Origin: Bacillota bacterium
Lineage (GTDB): Bacteria; Bacillota; Clostridia; Acetivibrionales; DTU013
Assembly (NCBI GenBank): GCA_023412665.1
Contig: JAEZCA010000059.1
Span: 5,163-69,162, forward strand
Length of the DNA stretch: 64,000 nucleotides
Reading direction: 5' to 3'
Position numbers and translations under genes: made by a program. The notes below the pieces were generated by a model. The model was not told where the DNA came from. It ran no database searches and saw only the letters and a program-made list of their open reading frames with translations. Shown here one piece after another: positions 19,596 to 30,393 of the stretch; positions within the stretch are counted from its first letter, which is position 1, and the number at the start of each line of letters is the position of its first letter.

Positions 19596-20376
19596 TTACA
19601 TTCAGCTTATTTACTCCCCTCAAATAGACCAACTGTGAAAGGACAGCGAAAAACACTGTATAAAAAAGCTGTACCGGCAGGATATCAAGCATGGCTTCAA
19701 TTGAAAAAGCGGTCAGAAGCCTTGCCGGAGCATATGCAATATATGAAAACGGCAAAAGGACAGCGATTTTCCTTATGGCATCGGGCAGGAATTCAAGCGG
19801 CAGAAACAATCCCAGCATGAATGACAGCTTTTGAGCGATCCAGAAAAATGCCGAATTGTCTTCGGTCCAAAAAGCAGTCATTCCTATAAATGCATCCATA
19901 AAGAAATTGAGAAGTATCCCAATGACAACCGAAAGCAATACTGCCGGAAGCGACTCCCATCTGAAGCCTTCCAGTCCTCCGACATATAAAAATCCAAGCA
20001 GCAGCCCGACAGGGAGATTAACAATAAGCCTTGTAATTATCTGGCCGATCCCGTCCGAGAGCTGATAGCGTATGAAGCTGTAGGGCTTATTGAGTTTATA
20101 TGCTATTCCGCCGCCCTTTATTTCTTCATTCATGCTGCGGAAGACTTCACTTTTTGAAAGCATGACCATTTCTGCCGCAATATAATACCATACCAGCCTG
20201 TTTACAGTGTATCCTTCCGTAGATCCATCACTGATCGATATTGCCTGCCAAAGTTGCATGAAAATGAATATTATCAGTGCAAAGAAAAACGCTCCTGCAA
20301 AGAAGTTTGCAGTATATACAAGATTATTACGGATGCTTGTTTTTGTGACGAGCAGATATTTGATCAATCTTTTCAA
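19585..20376 (-). CDS. ABC-2 family transporter permease
   Basis: 263 aa with about 6 TM helices, directly downstream of the ABC ATPase. Confidence 0.7.
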   Translation of the reverse strand: MKRLIKYLLVTKTSIRNNLVYTANFFAGAFFFALIIFIFMQLWQAISISDGSTEGYTVNRLVWYYIAAEMVMLSKSEVFRSMNEEIKGGGIAYKLNKPYSFIRYQLSDGIGQIITRLIVNLPVGLLLGFLYVGGLEGFRWESLPAVLLSVVIGILLNFFMDAFIGMTAFWTEDNSAFFWIAQKLSFMLGLFLPLEFLPDAIRKIAVLLPFSYIAYAPARLLTAFSIEAMLDILPVQLFYTVFFAVLSQLVYLRGVNKLNVNGG

Positions 20377-20400
20377 TCCAGCCCCTCCTTCCTGTTCAGA

Positions 20401-21432
20401 CTACTCCGGACTATTACCGGTGGCCGGTTCTTCAAGCCCCTTATCCCTGTATATGTCCCCAATGATCTTCTCCATAGGGATGTCGGAAATAGTCACGTCC
20501 AGAATACTTCCCGCCTGCATCAGACGCACCATGATTTCCTGGATGCTCTCCTTCTTTTCATTGACTTCTATCTTCATGGAAGTATCCTTGCTTTTAACGA
20601 TGCTGAGCCCTTCAAGCCTGCTCACATCCGTAAGGGTACCATATTTCACATCAATTATTTTCCTGTTCAGATAACCGTATTTCAGTTCTTTAATGCTGCT
20701 GTCCATTACGATCCTGCCATGGTTGATGATGACAGCCCTGCTGCATAGCTGCTCAACATCTCCTATATCGTGGCTGGTCAGGAATATTGTTGTTTTTTCT
20801 TCCTTGTTGAGACGTGATATCAATTCTCTTATGTTCTGCTTTACTATCACATCAAGACCTATCGTAGGCTCATCAAGGAATATGATCTCCGGCTTGTGGA
20901 GTATGGAGGCAGCAAATTCACACCTCATTCGCTGACCAAGAGAAAGCTTCCTGACAGGTGTATCAATGAGGTCTTTGATTTCGATCAGTTCTATGACCTC
21001 AGAGATCCTTTTGTCAAGCACCCCCTTATCCAGTTCATAAATGGCTCCCAGCAGCCTGAAGCTGTCGATGGCCGGCAGATGGAACCATAGCTGGGATTTT
21101 TGGCCGAAAACGCTCCCTATCCTGAATGAAAGAGCTTTACGCTGCTTACGGGGATCCAGTCCAAGCACGGACATATTCCCTGATGTGGGGTGCAAGATCC
21201 CTGTCAGCATTTTGATAGTCGTGGACTTCCCGGCGCCATTAGGACCAAGGAATGCCGTCAATTCACCCTTCCCTACCTCAAGATCAATGCCGTGCACAGC
21301 CTCTATCTCTCTGAACTCGGGTTTCACAAGAGCTCTGACGCTTCCCTTAAAGCCTTCCTTCTTTACTTTGGTCCTGAATACCTTTCTCAGTCCTTCGGTC
21401 CTTATTGCCGTTTCAGTTGCACAGCCTGTCAT
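20401..21432 (-). CDS. ABC transporter ATP-binding protein
   Basis: Walker A GPNGAGKST, signature LSLGQRMR, Walker B IIFLDEPT. I place the start at ATG 21432 (SD GGAGGTG). The track ORF to 21561 reads through a terminator hairpin. Confidence 0.85.
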   Translation of the reverse strand: MTGCATETAIRTEGLRKVFRTKVKKEGFKGSVRALVKPEFREIEAVHGIDLEVGKGELTAFLGPNGAGKSTTIKMLTGILHPTSGNMSVLGLDPRKQRKALSFRIGSVFGQKSQLWFHLPAIDSFRLLGAIYELDKGVLDKRISEVIELIEIKDLIDTPVRKLSLGQRMRCEFAASILHKPEIIFLDEPTIGLDVIVKQNIRELISRLNKEEKTTIFLTSHDIGDVEQLCSRAVIINHGRIVMDSSIKELKYGYLNRKIIDVKYGTLTDVSRLEGLSIVKSKDTSMKIEVNEKKESIQEIMVRLMQAGSILDVTISDIPMEKIIGDIYRDKGLEEPATGNSPE

Positions 21433-21624
21433 ACACCCACCTCCAACAGCTTTGTCAAACAACCGCCCACCACGCAAAAAACCCCGCAAAGTCACATTTA
21501 AAAGTGACTCCGCAGGGCTCAGATCCCAGCGTGTAGGGCTGTTGGCCCCTATGCCGCTCAAGCTCCACGCTTTTAGGCATACTCTCTTTTGAGATATTTT
21601 GCCACGTTCTCATAGTTTTGTCAA
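21433..21624 (-). promoter_or_regulatory. promoter plus roughly 160-nt leader with intrinsic terminator (attenuator or unassigned riboswitch candidate) upstream of the ABC-2 operon
   Basis: TTGACA (21624-21619), 17-nt spacer, TGgCAAAAT. The leader contains nested stems AGCGUG..CACGCU and UAGGG..CCCUA, followed by the terminator listed next. Confidence 0.55.
21475..21518 (-). terminator. leader terminator
   Basis: RNA CCCUGCGGAGUCAC-UUUUAAAU-GUGACUUUGCGGGG followed by UUUUUU. It lies about 40 nt upstream of the ATPase start codon. Confidence 0.75.
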
Positions 21625-21651
21625 TACCTATGATTACATCTGAATAACTGT

Positions 21652-22278
21652 CTAACTGTCGTGTCTGGCACTATATTTCTTTACCTTTTTAAGGCGGAAG
21701 AAATCTTCCCGCTCCTTCTCTTCCAGCACTTCCTGGATATACTTGACCTGCTCCTTGTATTTTGGTATCTGGATATGCTGCAGGGCATTTGTCCTCTTGT
21801 TGGTCTTTTCTATTTCCTTTGCCAGCTTGAAAATGGAATTTTCGATCTGCGCCAGCTCATATATGCTGTAACGAACCTCGTTGAATTTCTGCCGCGCGAT
21901 ATCCAGTGATATGTTTGAATTATAAAAGCCATATACCGGCTTGAACTCCTGCTTTTTGTACCTTACCGTCGGGATATCCACTCCCATTACGCTCTTGAGC
22001 AGGACTTCAAAGTTCTCATCGGCGGGTATGCTGTTGGTTATGTCGTCTACATCACGAAGGCCCATTGTTATGTTAGCTTCCTGAAGAGCCAGGTATGCAT
22101 CAGCTATTGTTGAATACATCTTCTCCTGTATATCCTTGGACTTGTCGACCAGATTCATCATCTCCCTGATCAGCACGTTCCTTTTTTTATCAAGCAGCTC
22201 AAAGCCCTTCTTTGAAAGCGCCAATGAGGATTTTGCCTTCATGAGGCTGGATTTGGTAGGGGCAATCATCTGTGCCAT
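21652..22278 (-). CDS. ntpD: V-type ATP synthase subunit D
   Basis: 208 aa coiled-coil protein. Last gene of the V-ATPase operon, following subunit B. Confidence 0.85.
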   Translation of the reverse strand: MAQMIAPTKSSLMKAKSSLALSKKGFELLDKKRNVLIREMMNLVDKSKDIQEKMYSTIADAYLALQEANITMGLRDVDDITNSIPADENFEVLLKSVMGVDIPTVRYKKQEFKPVYGFYNSNISLDIARQKFNEVRYSIYELAQIENSIFKLAKEIEKTNKRTNALQHIQIPKYKEQVKYIQEVLEEKEREDFFRLKKVKKYSARHDS

Positions 22279-22280
22279 TG

Positions 22281-23663
22281 TCAGATATCCTTGCCTTTCC
22301 TGTAATACTTGTTCAGTATGTCAATATCTACACGATCCAACTCACCCTCGGGAAGCAGCGACAATATATCCCACCCAAGGTCCAGTGTCTCCCTGATGCT
22401 CCGGTTTTCGCCGCCCTGTGAAATGAACCTGCTTTCCAGTTCACGCCCGAAATTCAGATACATCTTGTCTATATCGTTCAGATCCTCCTCGCCAATTATC
22501 TGGGAAAGGGATCTTACCTCCTGCACCCGGGAATAGGCTGCAAATATCTGGCTCGACAGATCCGCATGGTCTTCCCTGGTATAGTCCGCGCCGATACCAT
22601 CCTTCATCAGCCTTGAAAGCGAGGGCAGTATGTCCACCGGAGGGTATATGCCCTTCTGGTTGAACTCACGATTAAGAACGATCTGCCCTTCTGTAATAAA
22701 GCCGGTAAGGTCAGGTATGGGGTGAGTTATATCATCATTTGGCATAGTAAGTATAGGAATGAGGGTTATGGAGCCTTCCTTGCCCTTTAGCATCCCGGCC
22801 CTTTCGTAAATCGTTGAAAGATCGCTGTATAAATAACCCGGGTAACCTTTTCGCGAAGGGACCTCCTCCTTTGCGGACGATATTTCACGAAGGGCCTCCG
22901 CATAGCTCGTCATATCAGTAAGAATGACCAGCACATGCATATCCAGCTTGAAGGCAAGATACTCGGCTGCCGTAAGAGCACATCTGGGAGTTGATATCCT
23001 CTCCACTATAGGCGCATCTGCGGTGTTGAGATACATTACTACATGGTCCAGTACGCCGGTGGATTGAAAGCTTTTAATAAAAAAGTCTGCATCATCATGC
23101 CTGATACCCATTGCTCCGAATACGACGGCAAAGTTATCGCTTTTAGCCCCTTCGATCCTGGCCTGCTTCACGATCTGCGCAGCCAGTTCATTATGGGAAA
23201 TGCCGCTCCCTGAAAAAATGGGAAGCTTCTGTCCCCTTATCAGCGTCATAAGAGCATCTATGGAGGAAATGCCTGTCTGTATGAAGTTCCTCGGATACTT
23301 TCTTGCCACAGGGTTTATAGGGCGCCCGTTTATATTCTGCCTGAAGGGCGATACGATCTGATACAGGTCATCGATGGGCTCGCCTGCTCCGTTGAAGGTT
23401 CTGCCAAGTATCTCCCTGGACAGCGGTATCGACATTGGCTCGCCCTTGAATTCTACGGACGCATTTCTGGTCGAAATCCCTGCCGTCCCTTCAAACACTT
23501 GTATTATTGCACTCGTACCGTCTATTTTGATTATCTTTCCCTTTTTGACAACATCATTGTCCAATCTGATGGATACCATTTCGCCATATGCGGCATCCCT
23601 GACATTGGAAAGCACGATAAGCGGGCCTTCCACCTTATCCAGCTTTTTATATTCTATCCTCAT
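22281..23663 (-). CDS. ntpB: V-type ATP synthase subunit B
   Basis: 460 aa non-catalytic alpha/beta-type subunit with typical B-subunit conservation (e.g. PSLSRLM). Confidence 0.9.
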   Translation of the reverse strand: MRIEYKKLDKVEGPLIVLSNVRDAAYGEMVSIRLDNDVVKKGKIIKIDGTSAIIQVFEGTAGISTRNASVEFKGEPMSIPLSREILGRTFNGAGEPIDDLYQIVSPFRQNINGRPINPVARKYPRNFIQTGISSIDALMTLIRGQKLPIFSGSGISHNELAAQIVKQARIEGAKSDNFAVVFGAMGIRHDDADFFIKSFQSTGVLDHVVMYLNTADAPIVERISTPRCALTAAEYLAFKLDMHVLVILTDMTSYAEALREISSAKEEVPSRKGYPGYLYSDLSTIYERAGMLKGKEGSITLIPILTMPNDDITHPIPDLTGFITEGQIVLNREFNQKGIYPPVDILPSLSRLMKDGIGADYTREDHADLSSQIFAAYSRVQEVRSLSQIIGEEDLNDIDKMYLNFGRELESRFISQGGENRSIRETLDLGWDILSLLPEGELDRVDIDILNKYYRKGKDI

Positions 23664-23698
23664 AGCTTAACCTCGAACATTAAAGATTGTTCCCGACC

Positions 23699-25486
23699 CT
23701 ACTCGTATTTCTGACTCAGTTCCTTATACACCTGTACGATTCTGTCACTCAATTCATCAAGCAGCTCAAGCCTGTCATTGGGTACGCTGTCCTTCATCCT
23801 CAGCACCTCCTGTACAATGTCCTGGCTTCTGATCGATGAGATCGGTATGCCTATCTTTACACAATGCAAGGCACTTTCGTACAGCGTTTCTATAACCTTC
23901 AGCATTTTATACTGCTTGACCGGCACTGTATAGGTGTCTTCCTTGTGCAGTGCATTCTGCTGCAGGAAACCTTTCTTGATTATCCTTGCTATTTCCAGTA
24001 CCAGCGCCTGGTCATTGGGGAGCACATCCTCACCGACAAGCTGCACTATTTCATTCAGCTTCTCTTCCTCCTGCAGGAGCCTTATCATCTTTCCCCTGAG
24101 CTGCAGCATGTCAGCCGCCACATTCTCGGAATACCAGTCCTGAAGCATTGTTATATACCCGCTGTAGCTGGTCAGATAATTTATGGCCGGATAATGCCTG
24201 GCATAGGCGAGCTTTTTATCTAGCGCCAGGAAGGTGGTGACAAACCTTTTTGTATTTTCGGTGACAGGCTCGGAAAAGTCTCCTCCCGGAGGCGAGACAG
24301 CGCCGATGATCGTGACTGATGCTTCCTGTCCTCCGAGTGTCTGGACGCAGCCCGCTCTTTCATAAAACTCTGCCAGCCTAGAAGGAAGGTAAGCAGGATA
24401 TCCCTCCTCGGCAGGCATTTCCTCAAGGCGGCCAGATATCTCTCTGAGCGCCTCTGCCCATCTGGATGTCGAGTCGGCCATCAATGCCACATCATAGCCC
24501 ATATCCCTGTAATACTCCGCCATGGTGATGCCGGTATAAATACTGGCCTCACGCGCTGCAACAGGCATATTGGAGGTGTTTGCTATAAGTATTGTCCTTT
24601 CCATGAGCGGCCTTCCGGTCCTGGGATCCATAAGCGCCGGAAATTCCTCAAGTACATCCGTCATCTCGTTTCCGCGTTCACCGCAGCCAACATATATGAT
24701 TATGTCCGCATCGCTCCATTTGGCAAGCTGATGCTGGGTAACAGTCTTGCCGGTCCCGAATCCTCCGGGCACTCCGACGGTCCCACCCTTTGCAACCGGA
24801 TAGAAGCTGTCGATTACCCGCTGTCCTGTAACCAACGGCTTGTAAATAGGCACTCTTCTGGCAATCGGCCTGGGCTGTCTCACCGGCCATTTACTGGAGA
24901 GCTTAAGTTCAACCCTGCTCCTGTTTGCCTTTTCGAGCACAACAACAGTATCATTTATTGTATAATCTCCGTCCGGCACAGCCTCGATTACTTTTCCTCT
25001 GATATTTGCAGGCACCATCAGCCTGTGAACTATGCTCAGGGTCTCCTGTACAGTGGTATATACCATACCGGGCTTCAATTCATCCCCCGGCTTTACAGTT
25101 ATGCGGGCGGGCCATTTCTTTTCTTCATCCAGCGACAGAAGTCCTATTCCTTCGGGGATAAAATCGCTGGACATGTTGTTGATCCTCTCCAGCGGTCTTT
25201 GTATGCCGTCAAAAATATTGCCGAGCATGCCCGGTCCCAGAGTAACGGACAGGGGGTTCCCTGTGTAGAGTATCCTTTCTCCGGCCTTCAGGCCTTCGGT
25301 TTCCTCATACACCTGCACAGTGGCAACATCACCGTCTATTGAAACGACCTCCCCGATCAGCCTGTTGTTTCCGACCGTGACCATTTCATTGAGCTTGAAG
25401 GCTCCCATATTAATGCCCTTTACGACAGGACCGTTGATAAGTTGTACAATACCCTCTTTATTTTCCATTTTAATCACCCGTTTCAA
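23699..25486 (-). CDS. ntpA: V-type ATP synthase catalytic subunit A
   Basis: Walker A GGFGTGKT, and the non-homologous insert typical of A subunits. The true start is probably the MENKEG Met at 25468. Confidence 0.9.
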   Translation of the reverse strand: MKRVIKMENKEGIVQLINGPVVKGINMGAFKLNEMVTVGNNRLIGEVVSIDGDVATVQVYEETEGLKAGERILYTGNPLSVTLGPGMLGNIFDGIQRPLERINNMSSDFIPEGIGLLSLDEEKKWPARITVKPGDELKPGMVYTTVQETLSIVHRLMVPANIRGKVIEAVPDGDYTINDTVVVLEKANRSRVELKLSSKWPVRQPRPIARRVPIYKPLVTGQRVIDSFYPVAKGGTVGVPGGFGTGKTVTQHQLAKWSDADIIIYVGCGERGNEMTDVLEEFPALMDPRTGRPLMERTILIANTSNMPVAAREASIYTGITMAEYYRDMGYDVALMADSTSRWAEALREISGRLEEMPAEEGYPAYLPSRLAEFYERAGCVQTLGGQEASVTIIGAVSPPGGDFSEPVTENTKRFVTTFLALDKKLAYARHYPAINYLTSYSGYITMLQDWYSENVAADMLQLRGKMIRLLQEEEKLNEIVQLVGEDVLPNDQALVLEIARIIKKGFLQQNALHKEDTYTVPVKQYKMLKVIETLYESALHCVKIGIPISSIRSQDIVQEVLRMKDSVPNDRLELLDELSDRIVQVYKELSQKYE

Positions 25487-26093
25487 TAGCCTGGAACAAT
25501 GTCTGCATAATATATGATCTGTTGTCCTCCAGCAATGATTTTAAGGACATATCGATACGTATATTGTTTTCTGGATCCTCCACTATAAAACCGCCTGTTA
25601 TATCGTCTTCAGCCGGTTTGAACACAAGCTCCTCCCACTTTGCATCAGAAAGGACCTGTCTTAGAAGAACTGAATATTTATCGCAGTCCCTGCCGGCGAG
25701 AGAAATCTCAAGTCTTTTTGATGCGGGAACCAATGTCTCGAGCTTGCCGGCGAGCTTCTTCATATACGCTGTATAACCTTCGGAGTCTGCAAACGTATCA
25801 AGTTCTTTTTTTATACGGTCCATCAGGACAGAAAAATACTTCTCCTTCAGGAACATATACTCTTTTTTGAGCTCTACCCTGTTCCTGCTTATCTGTTCAG
25901 TCCTTTCGGCCTCTGACCTTTTTCTTGCCGAATTGATGATATTCTCTGCCTCTTTATCGACCGCTTCCTTGTCCTTTTGCATTTTGACCTCATATTCCTT
26001 CCTGAGCTTTTCCATCTCAAGCTTGAAGGCTTCATCCATTGTCCTGTGCAAAAGGTTTGAGAACAGTGATAATTTTTGTTCTATCGTTACCAT
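25470..26093 (-). CDS. ntpE: V-type ATP synthase subunit E
   Basis: 207 aa with a charged coiled-coil N-terminus and globular C-terminus. Operon position supports the call. Confidence 0.75.
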   Translation of the reverse strand: MVTIEQKLSLFSNLLHRTMDEAFKLEMEKLRKEYEVKMQKDKEAVDKEAENIINSARKRSEAERTEQISRNRVELKKEYMFLKEKYFSVLMDRIKKELDTFADSEGYTAYMKKLAGKLETLVPASKRLEISLAGRDCDKYSVLLRQVLSDAKWEELVFKPAEDDITGGFIVEDPENNIRIDMSLKSLLEDNRSYIMQTLFQAIETGD

Positions 26094-26102
26094 ATGACCA
26101 CC

Positions 26103-26429
26103 TCAAATATGAATGCCAACCGAATCTCTTATATAGTTCGTGATCTTGTCAGCGGAGCGTGTACTGCCGTGTCTGCCAGGTATTTCCACTATCAATGGCT
26201 TTTTAGCCTTCAGCTTAAGCTTGAGTATCTCATCTTCGACCATATCGACCAGATTCTCTGTCAGGATCAATATGCCGATATCCTCATTTTTCATAGCTGT
26301 TTTAACGGCATCAAGCACTTCCTCACGCGTAAGGGCCAGTACTCCGTCTATTCCGGCCAGTCTCATGCCGACCAGCGCATCTCTTTTATCACTTATCAAA
26401 AACGATTTCATAAGATCTCCCCGCGGCAA
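26103..26429 (-). CDS. ntpF: V-type ATP synthase subunit F
   Basis: About 100 aa. LAGIDGV..GILILTE pattern typical of subunit F. The start may be the MKSF Met at 26411. Confidence 0.75.
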   Translation of the reverse strand: MPRGDLMKSFLISDKRDALVGMRLAGIDGVLALTREEVLDAVKTAMKNEDIGILILTENLVDMVEDEILKLKLKAKKPLIVEIPGRHGSTRSADKITNYIRDSVGIHI

Positions 26430-26440
26430 ATCCTCATAAA

Positions 26441-26881
26441 TTAAACAAACAGTATCAGGATCGATATGATCATACCGTAAATAGCGATACCTTCAGCCAT
26501 ACCGACAAATATCAGCGTCTTTCCAAGTATTGACGAGTCCTCTGCAACCGCTCCTATGGCAGATGATCCGACGGATCCGACTGCAAGTCCTGTACCTATA
26601 GTAGCCAGACCTGTACTTATTGCTGCTGCGAGGTACTTAAAGCCCTCTCCCATCGACATCCCGGCTGCGGTAGCTGCTTGCACTGCTTCACCTGCTGCAT
26701 ATACCGGATGACCTGATACCATGAGCACTATCATAGTGATCATCACTGTTCCAAATGCCGAAACAGAAGTAAGTATGGCTTTTTTTACGCTGCCTTTCTT
26801 GTTCCTTCTCATAGCTCTGCGTCCATATATAACGGTGCCTGCTGCTATTCCCACTGCCAATGCTAATAATACCAACTGCAT
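26441..26881 (-). CDS. ntpK: V-type ATP synthase proteolipid subunit K
   Basis: 146 aa with four hydrophobic helices. The last hairpin carries GMAEGIAIYG with the essential Glu. Confidence 0.8.
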   Translation of the reverse strand: MQLVLLALAVGIAAGTVIYGRRAMRRNKKGSVKKAILTSVSAFGTVMITMIVLMVSGHPVYAAGEAVQAATAAGMSMGEGFKYLAAAISTGLATIGTGLAVGSVGSSAIGAVAEDSSILGKTLIFVGMAEGIAIYGMIISILILFV

Positions 26882-26923
26882 AATGATTCTCCCCTTCTCT
26901 TTTAATATATTTGAAATAATATC

Positions 26924-28909
26924 TTAATTGCCTATTTTTGCGGGTCTGAAAGCTACACCTTCTCCCTGGAAATATTTGCTGAACATTTCATAATACTCGA
27001 GACGCAGCCCCTGTATGAATACAACAAGGCCTTCCAGCGTAAGTATCAGTACGTTGCCCATCACCAGTATGACTATCTTCAGTAAAATATTCGAAGTCAT
27101 TTCCGACATCACCAGGAAGGCCAGGAACAGTCCGGCGTGGTTCAGCGCGAAGGCTCCGACACGTATGAACGATATTGCGTTGCTAAGCGTTCCCAGTATA
27201 GTCTCGACTCCTTCAAATATGCTTTCCGTCAGATATGAGCCAACACTGCCGTGAATAAGCGGCTTTTTTCCGCATACCAGGTTTGAGAGCGGTTCTTTGA
27301 AAAGCATGACGAAAAAGCTTAAAAGCATTGTAATAAGAGGTACAGCAATGGGCACTCCTATGACCCCGGTAACTGCGACACCCGACATTATCAGGCTCAT
27401 GAAAAATACATATCCGGCAGCCCCGTTTTTCCCAAAAATCCCGTTTTCAATACTTCCCTTTCTCAGTGAATTGACAATGCCGAATATGAAGGATATGGTC
27501 AGTACGGCCACGCCAAACACTACGCCTGCTATAAGTATCATCGGTATGTTCTTCGGATCCAGAGGCTTGCCTATCAGGCTCGGCAGCCATGGCAGCTCAG
27601 AGTGCTCCAGGCCGAAGAAGCTGCCGTAAACAAAACCAAACAGTATGGAACTCCCTCCAAGTCTGGTCAGTAGCTGCCCGGCTACGGGCATTTTTTTCAT
27701 TTTCAGCATCAGTAAACCAGCAAGAAAATATACCAGGCCCTGTCCGATATCTCCAAACATTATACCGAACATCAGGCAGAATGCTATTGCAACAAAGGGT
27801 GTTGGATCGATCTCATAATAGGATGGCAATCCATAAAGCCTTATAATTGTCTCAAAAGGTTTGAAAAAACGGTTGTTTCTAAACAGAGTAGGGGGCATCA
27901 CCTGCCTTTCCATTTCGCACACTTTTTTTTCTTCTATAACGATCTTTCTGGTCTCTTTTTTCAGGAGGTCCTTTACTTTCCCCAGATCCTTCTCCCGGAT
28001 CCAGGCATTGAGCACAAAAGTACTTTCTCCGTAAATCACCTGGTGTTCCAATCCTATAATCTTTCTTTCCAACAGGACAAAGGTATGTATCCTGTTCAGC
28101 ATGGCCTCCGCATCGGCCTTTTGGGCTTCGAGCATACTGGCCAGGGTATTGATTTCCTTTTGAAGACTTTCGATTTTTGAATCCAGCTGTTCAATGATTT
28201 CATAAACTGTCCCGATCAAGTCCCCGGGAATATCAAACCTGACCCAGTTAAGTGATTTAAGCAGTTTCTGCGTTTCATCCCTGTATTTTCTCGGAAATAT
28301 TATTATATAAAGGTCTTCGACCGAATCCTTAATATCTCCGATATTGAGTACCACTGCACTTATATTTTCATAATTGCTTCTGATCCTCGCTTTATTGATG
28401 CTGGTCAATGCTCCTATTTCATAGTCAAAATAGTTCAGATTGGCGATACTTCTGAAATCTATATCCTTATATTTGATATTTTTCATTTTTTTCTTTAGTA
28501 ATTCATACTGGAGAATAGCAGCCTTTTTGCGATTGATTTCGTCAATATGCTCACCCATAGCTCCTTTTAATCTTTCAATATCTGCCATGGCATCGTTAAT
28601 GCAGTACTGAGAATCCATAATGCTCTTTTTGTCAACCGTGAGAGAAATATCCAGCCCTTTGCTCAAATGTTCCAATGACTTTTCCATACTGCTGCAACGG
28701 GCTTCAATTTCTCCATAATCCTCTCTGGTATATGCCGATGCCCCTGCCAGATATGTCTCATATTCATGAATTATGAAATTGTTGTCATATGCCTCCGTAT
28801 TTTCAAGATCAAAGTGCAGTCTCTCACTCAGGACAAGCTTTTTCAATGTATCGTGCATGTCCTGGATAGAACCTACTATTTTGAGAAAAAGCATCTTTTC
28901 AATAGCCAT
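26924..28909 (-). CDS. ntpI: V-type ATP synthase subunit I
   Basis: 661 aa with a soluble coiled-coil N-terminal half and a multi-TM C-terminal half. Confidence 0.85.
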   Translation of the reverse strand: MAIEKMLFLKIVGSIQDMHDTLKKLVLSERLHFDLENTEAYDNNFIIHEYETYLAGASAYTREDYGEIEARCSSMEKSLEHLSKGLDISLTVDKKSIMDSQYCINDAMADIERLKGAMGEHIDEINRKKAAILQYELLKKKMKNIKYKDIDFRSIANLNYFDYEIGALTSINKARIRSNYENISAVVLNIGDIKDSVEDLYIIIFPRKYRDETQKLLKSLNWVRFDIPGDLIGTVYEIIEQLDSKIESLQKEINTLASMLEAQKADAEAMLNRIHTFVLLERKIIGLEHQVIYGESTFVLNAWIREKDLGKVKDLLKKETRKIVIEEKKVCEMERQVMPPTLFRNNRFFKPFETIIRLYGLPSYYEIDPTPFVAIAFCLMFGIMFGDIGQGLVYFLAGLLMLKMKKMPVAGQLLTRLGGSSILFGFVYGSFFGLEHSELPWLPSLIGKPLDPKNIPMILIAGVVFGVAVLTISFIFGIVNSLRKGSIENGIFGKNGAAGYVFFMSLIMSGVAVTGVIGVPIAVPLITMLLSFFVMLFKEPLSNLVCGKKPLIHGSVGSYLTESIFEGVETILGTLSNAISFIRVGAFALNHAGLFLAFLVMSEMTSNILLKIVILVMGNVLILTLEGLVVFIQGLRLEYYEMFSKYFQGEGVAFRPAKIGN

Positions 28910-29961
28910 TAATGCATCACCTCTGTCTTCTTCGCTTTATGTATCAAATACTTCTCCATTTGCTCCCTTGGAAGCTTATACCTTATGCTTTCCGTTACTG
29001 TTACCAGATTCTTTAATACCTTATCCAGCATATAAAGATACCATAAGACCTTCCCTATGGATGCATCATTCTTTCTGCTGTCCAGATATGTATAAAAGCC
29101 GTCGTCGAGGTTTTTCTTAATATCGGCTTCACTACCGAATATCTTGAATTTCATGTACTTGTTTGACATTTGTGCCAACTCATCCATAGTCTTTGAATAT
29201 ACCAGTTTTTTCAGAGTGCTCAATTTGAGCCTGTTACCTCCCTGAAGGCAATAAATAAGTATCTCCTCCGGAGATATGTCATAATATGCCTTGGCTCTGT
29301 ATATCCACTGGACATTGAGAAAATCAATTTTGGTACCGATGATCTCCCTTACAGTATGAAAGTCCTTCTTGTCAAGCTTTACAGCCTTTTTCATCAGGGT
29401 CTTGTAAAACAGGAGCTGCAGCTTCATTTCCAAATGAAACTCCCTTTTTACTTCATCATTGTCTGTAACAGTTTTTAGTGATGTGTAATAATGGGTACCC
29501 TTAAGGTTATCTATAAATTGCTCAGGATTTTTTGAACCGGCCAGTTTATCAAACGGCAGCCTTGAGAAATTCACAGAGTGGACAAAATGCTCGCTGACGC
29601 CTGTCGCTTCTTCATTTCTGACTACTTTCCTGCGTATCATTACAAGATCGGTAATTTCGAATTTCATCAGAAATACCTTGAGGAAATCTTTATAGGGACC
29701 GGAAAAGTAATACAGTATCTCCTCTGTCTCATGCACCATGTACCTGGTCAGGAGCAGCTCCAGATCATCCCTGAAAAGTCTGGCATTGCTTCCTGCTTCA
29801 TTGATAAATCCGGCCAGGCCGTATTTGTTTTTAATAAAATCCGTCACCTGATCTACAGAATCACACTCCATCATACTGCGGAGCTTGATTTCGCCAAAAA
29901 TATTGCTCTTTTTTGCTGATATCTTGGTATCAACAGCATTGTAAGCCATATAAGGATTCAT
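28909..29961 (-). CDS. ntpC: V-type ATP synthase subunit C (d-type)
   Basis: 350 aa helical protein. Start and stop overlap the neighbouring genes of the operon. Confidence 0.75.
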   Translation of the reverse strand: MNPYMAYNAVDTKISAKKSNIFGEIKLRSMMECDSVDQVTDFIKNKYGLAGFINEAGSNARLFRDDLELLLTRYMVHETEEILYYFSGPYKDFLKVFLMKFEITDLVMIRRKVVRNEEATGVSEHFVHSVNFSRLPFDKLAGSKNPEQFIDNLKGTHYYTSLKTVTDNDEVKREFHLEMKLQLLFYKTLMKKAVKLDKKDFHTVREIIGTKIDFLNVQWIYRAKAYYDISPEEILIYCLQGGNRLKLSTLKKLVYSKTMDELAQMSNKYMKFKIFGSEADIKKNLDDGFYTYLDSRKNDASIGKVLWYLYMLDKVLKNLVTVTESIRYKLPREQMEKYLIHKAKKTEVMH

Positions 29962-30278
29962 TATTGCTCCCTCTCTAACAGCCTGTCTACAATTTCTCTG
30001 ATGATTCCATCCTCAACTACCTGATAGTTGGTTTTCAATTTATACGTAATTTTTTTGATCATATCTTCCTTTTGCAGGCATTCATCGTTAGTCTTGTTTA
30101 TAATTTGTTTATATAGGGCTTTGGATTTTTCTTGTGCATTTGACAATACCTGTTCCCTGTATTTCATCATCTCATTTTCCAGTCTTTTTCTTTCCTTGAC
30201 CAATATTGTCCCTATTTTTTGTTCATTATTATAAGCAATAGCATCAATTTTGGAAATGTGTTCAATTATCTCTTTCAA
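29961..30278 (-). CDS. small coiled-coil V-ATPase stator-like subunit (G/H-type)
   Basis: 105 aa, highly charged and helical. First gene of the operon. TTG start preceded by GGGAGGG. Confidence 0.5.
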   Translation of the reverse strand: MKEIIEHISKIDAIAYNNEQKIGTILVKERKRLENEMMKYREQVLSNAQEKSKALYKQIINKTNDECLQKEDMIKKITYKLKTNYQVVEDGIIREIVDRLLEREQ

Positions 30279-30393
30279 TACCCAACCCTCCCTGAATTAA
30301 AGCAAAAGACCCCCACACAATGGAAGCCTTCGTTGGCAATTCTACTATTGGTAAAAGAATATTCTGTATATAAAAAATGAAAAATCATTACTA

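Noticed and set aside
21433-21561. N-terminal extension of the ABC ATPase ORF
   Set aside because: It covers the leader terminator hairpin. SD GGAGGTG precedes ATG 21432, and the Walker A spacing fits the shorter form.
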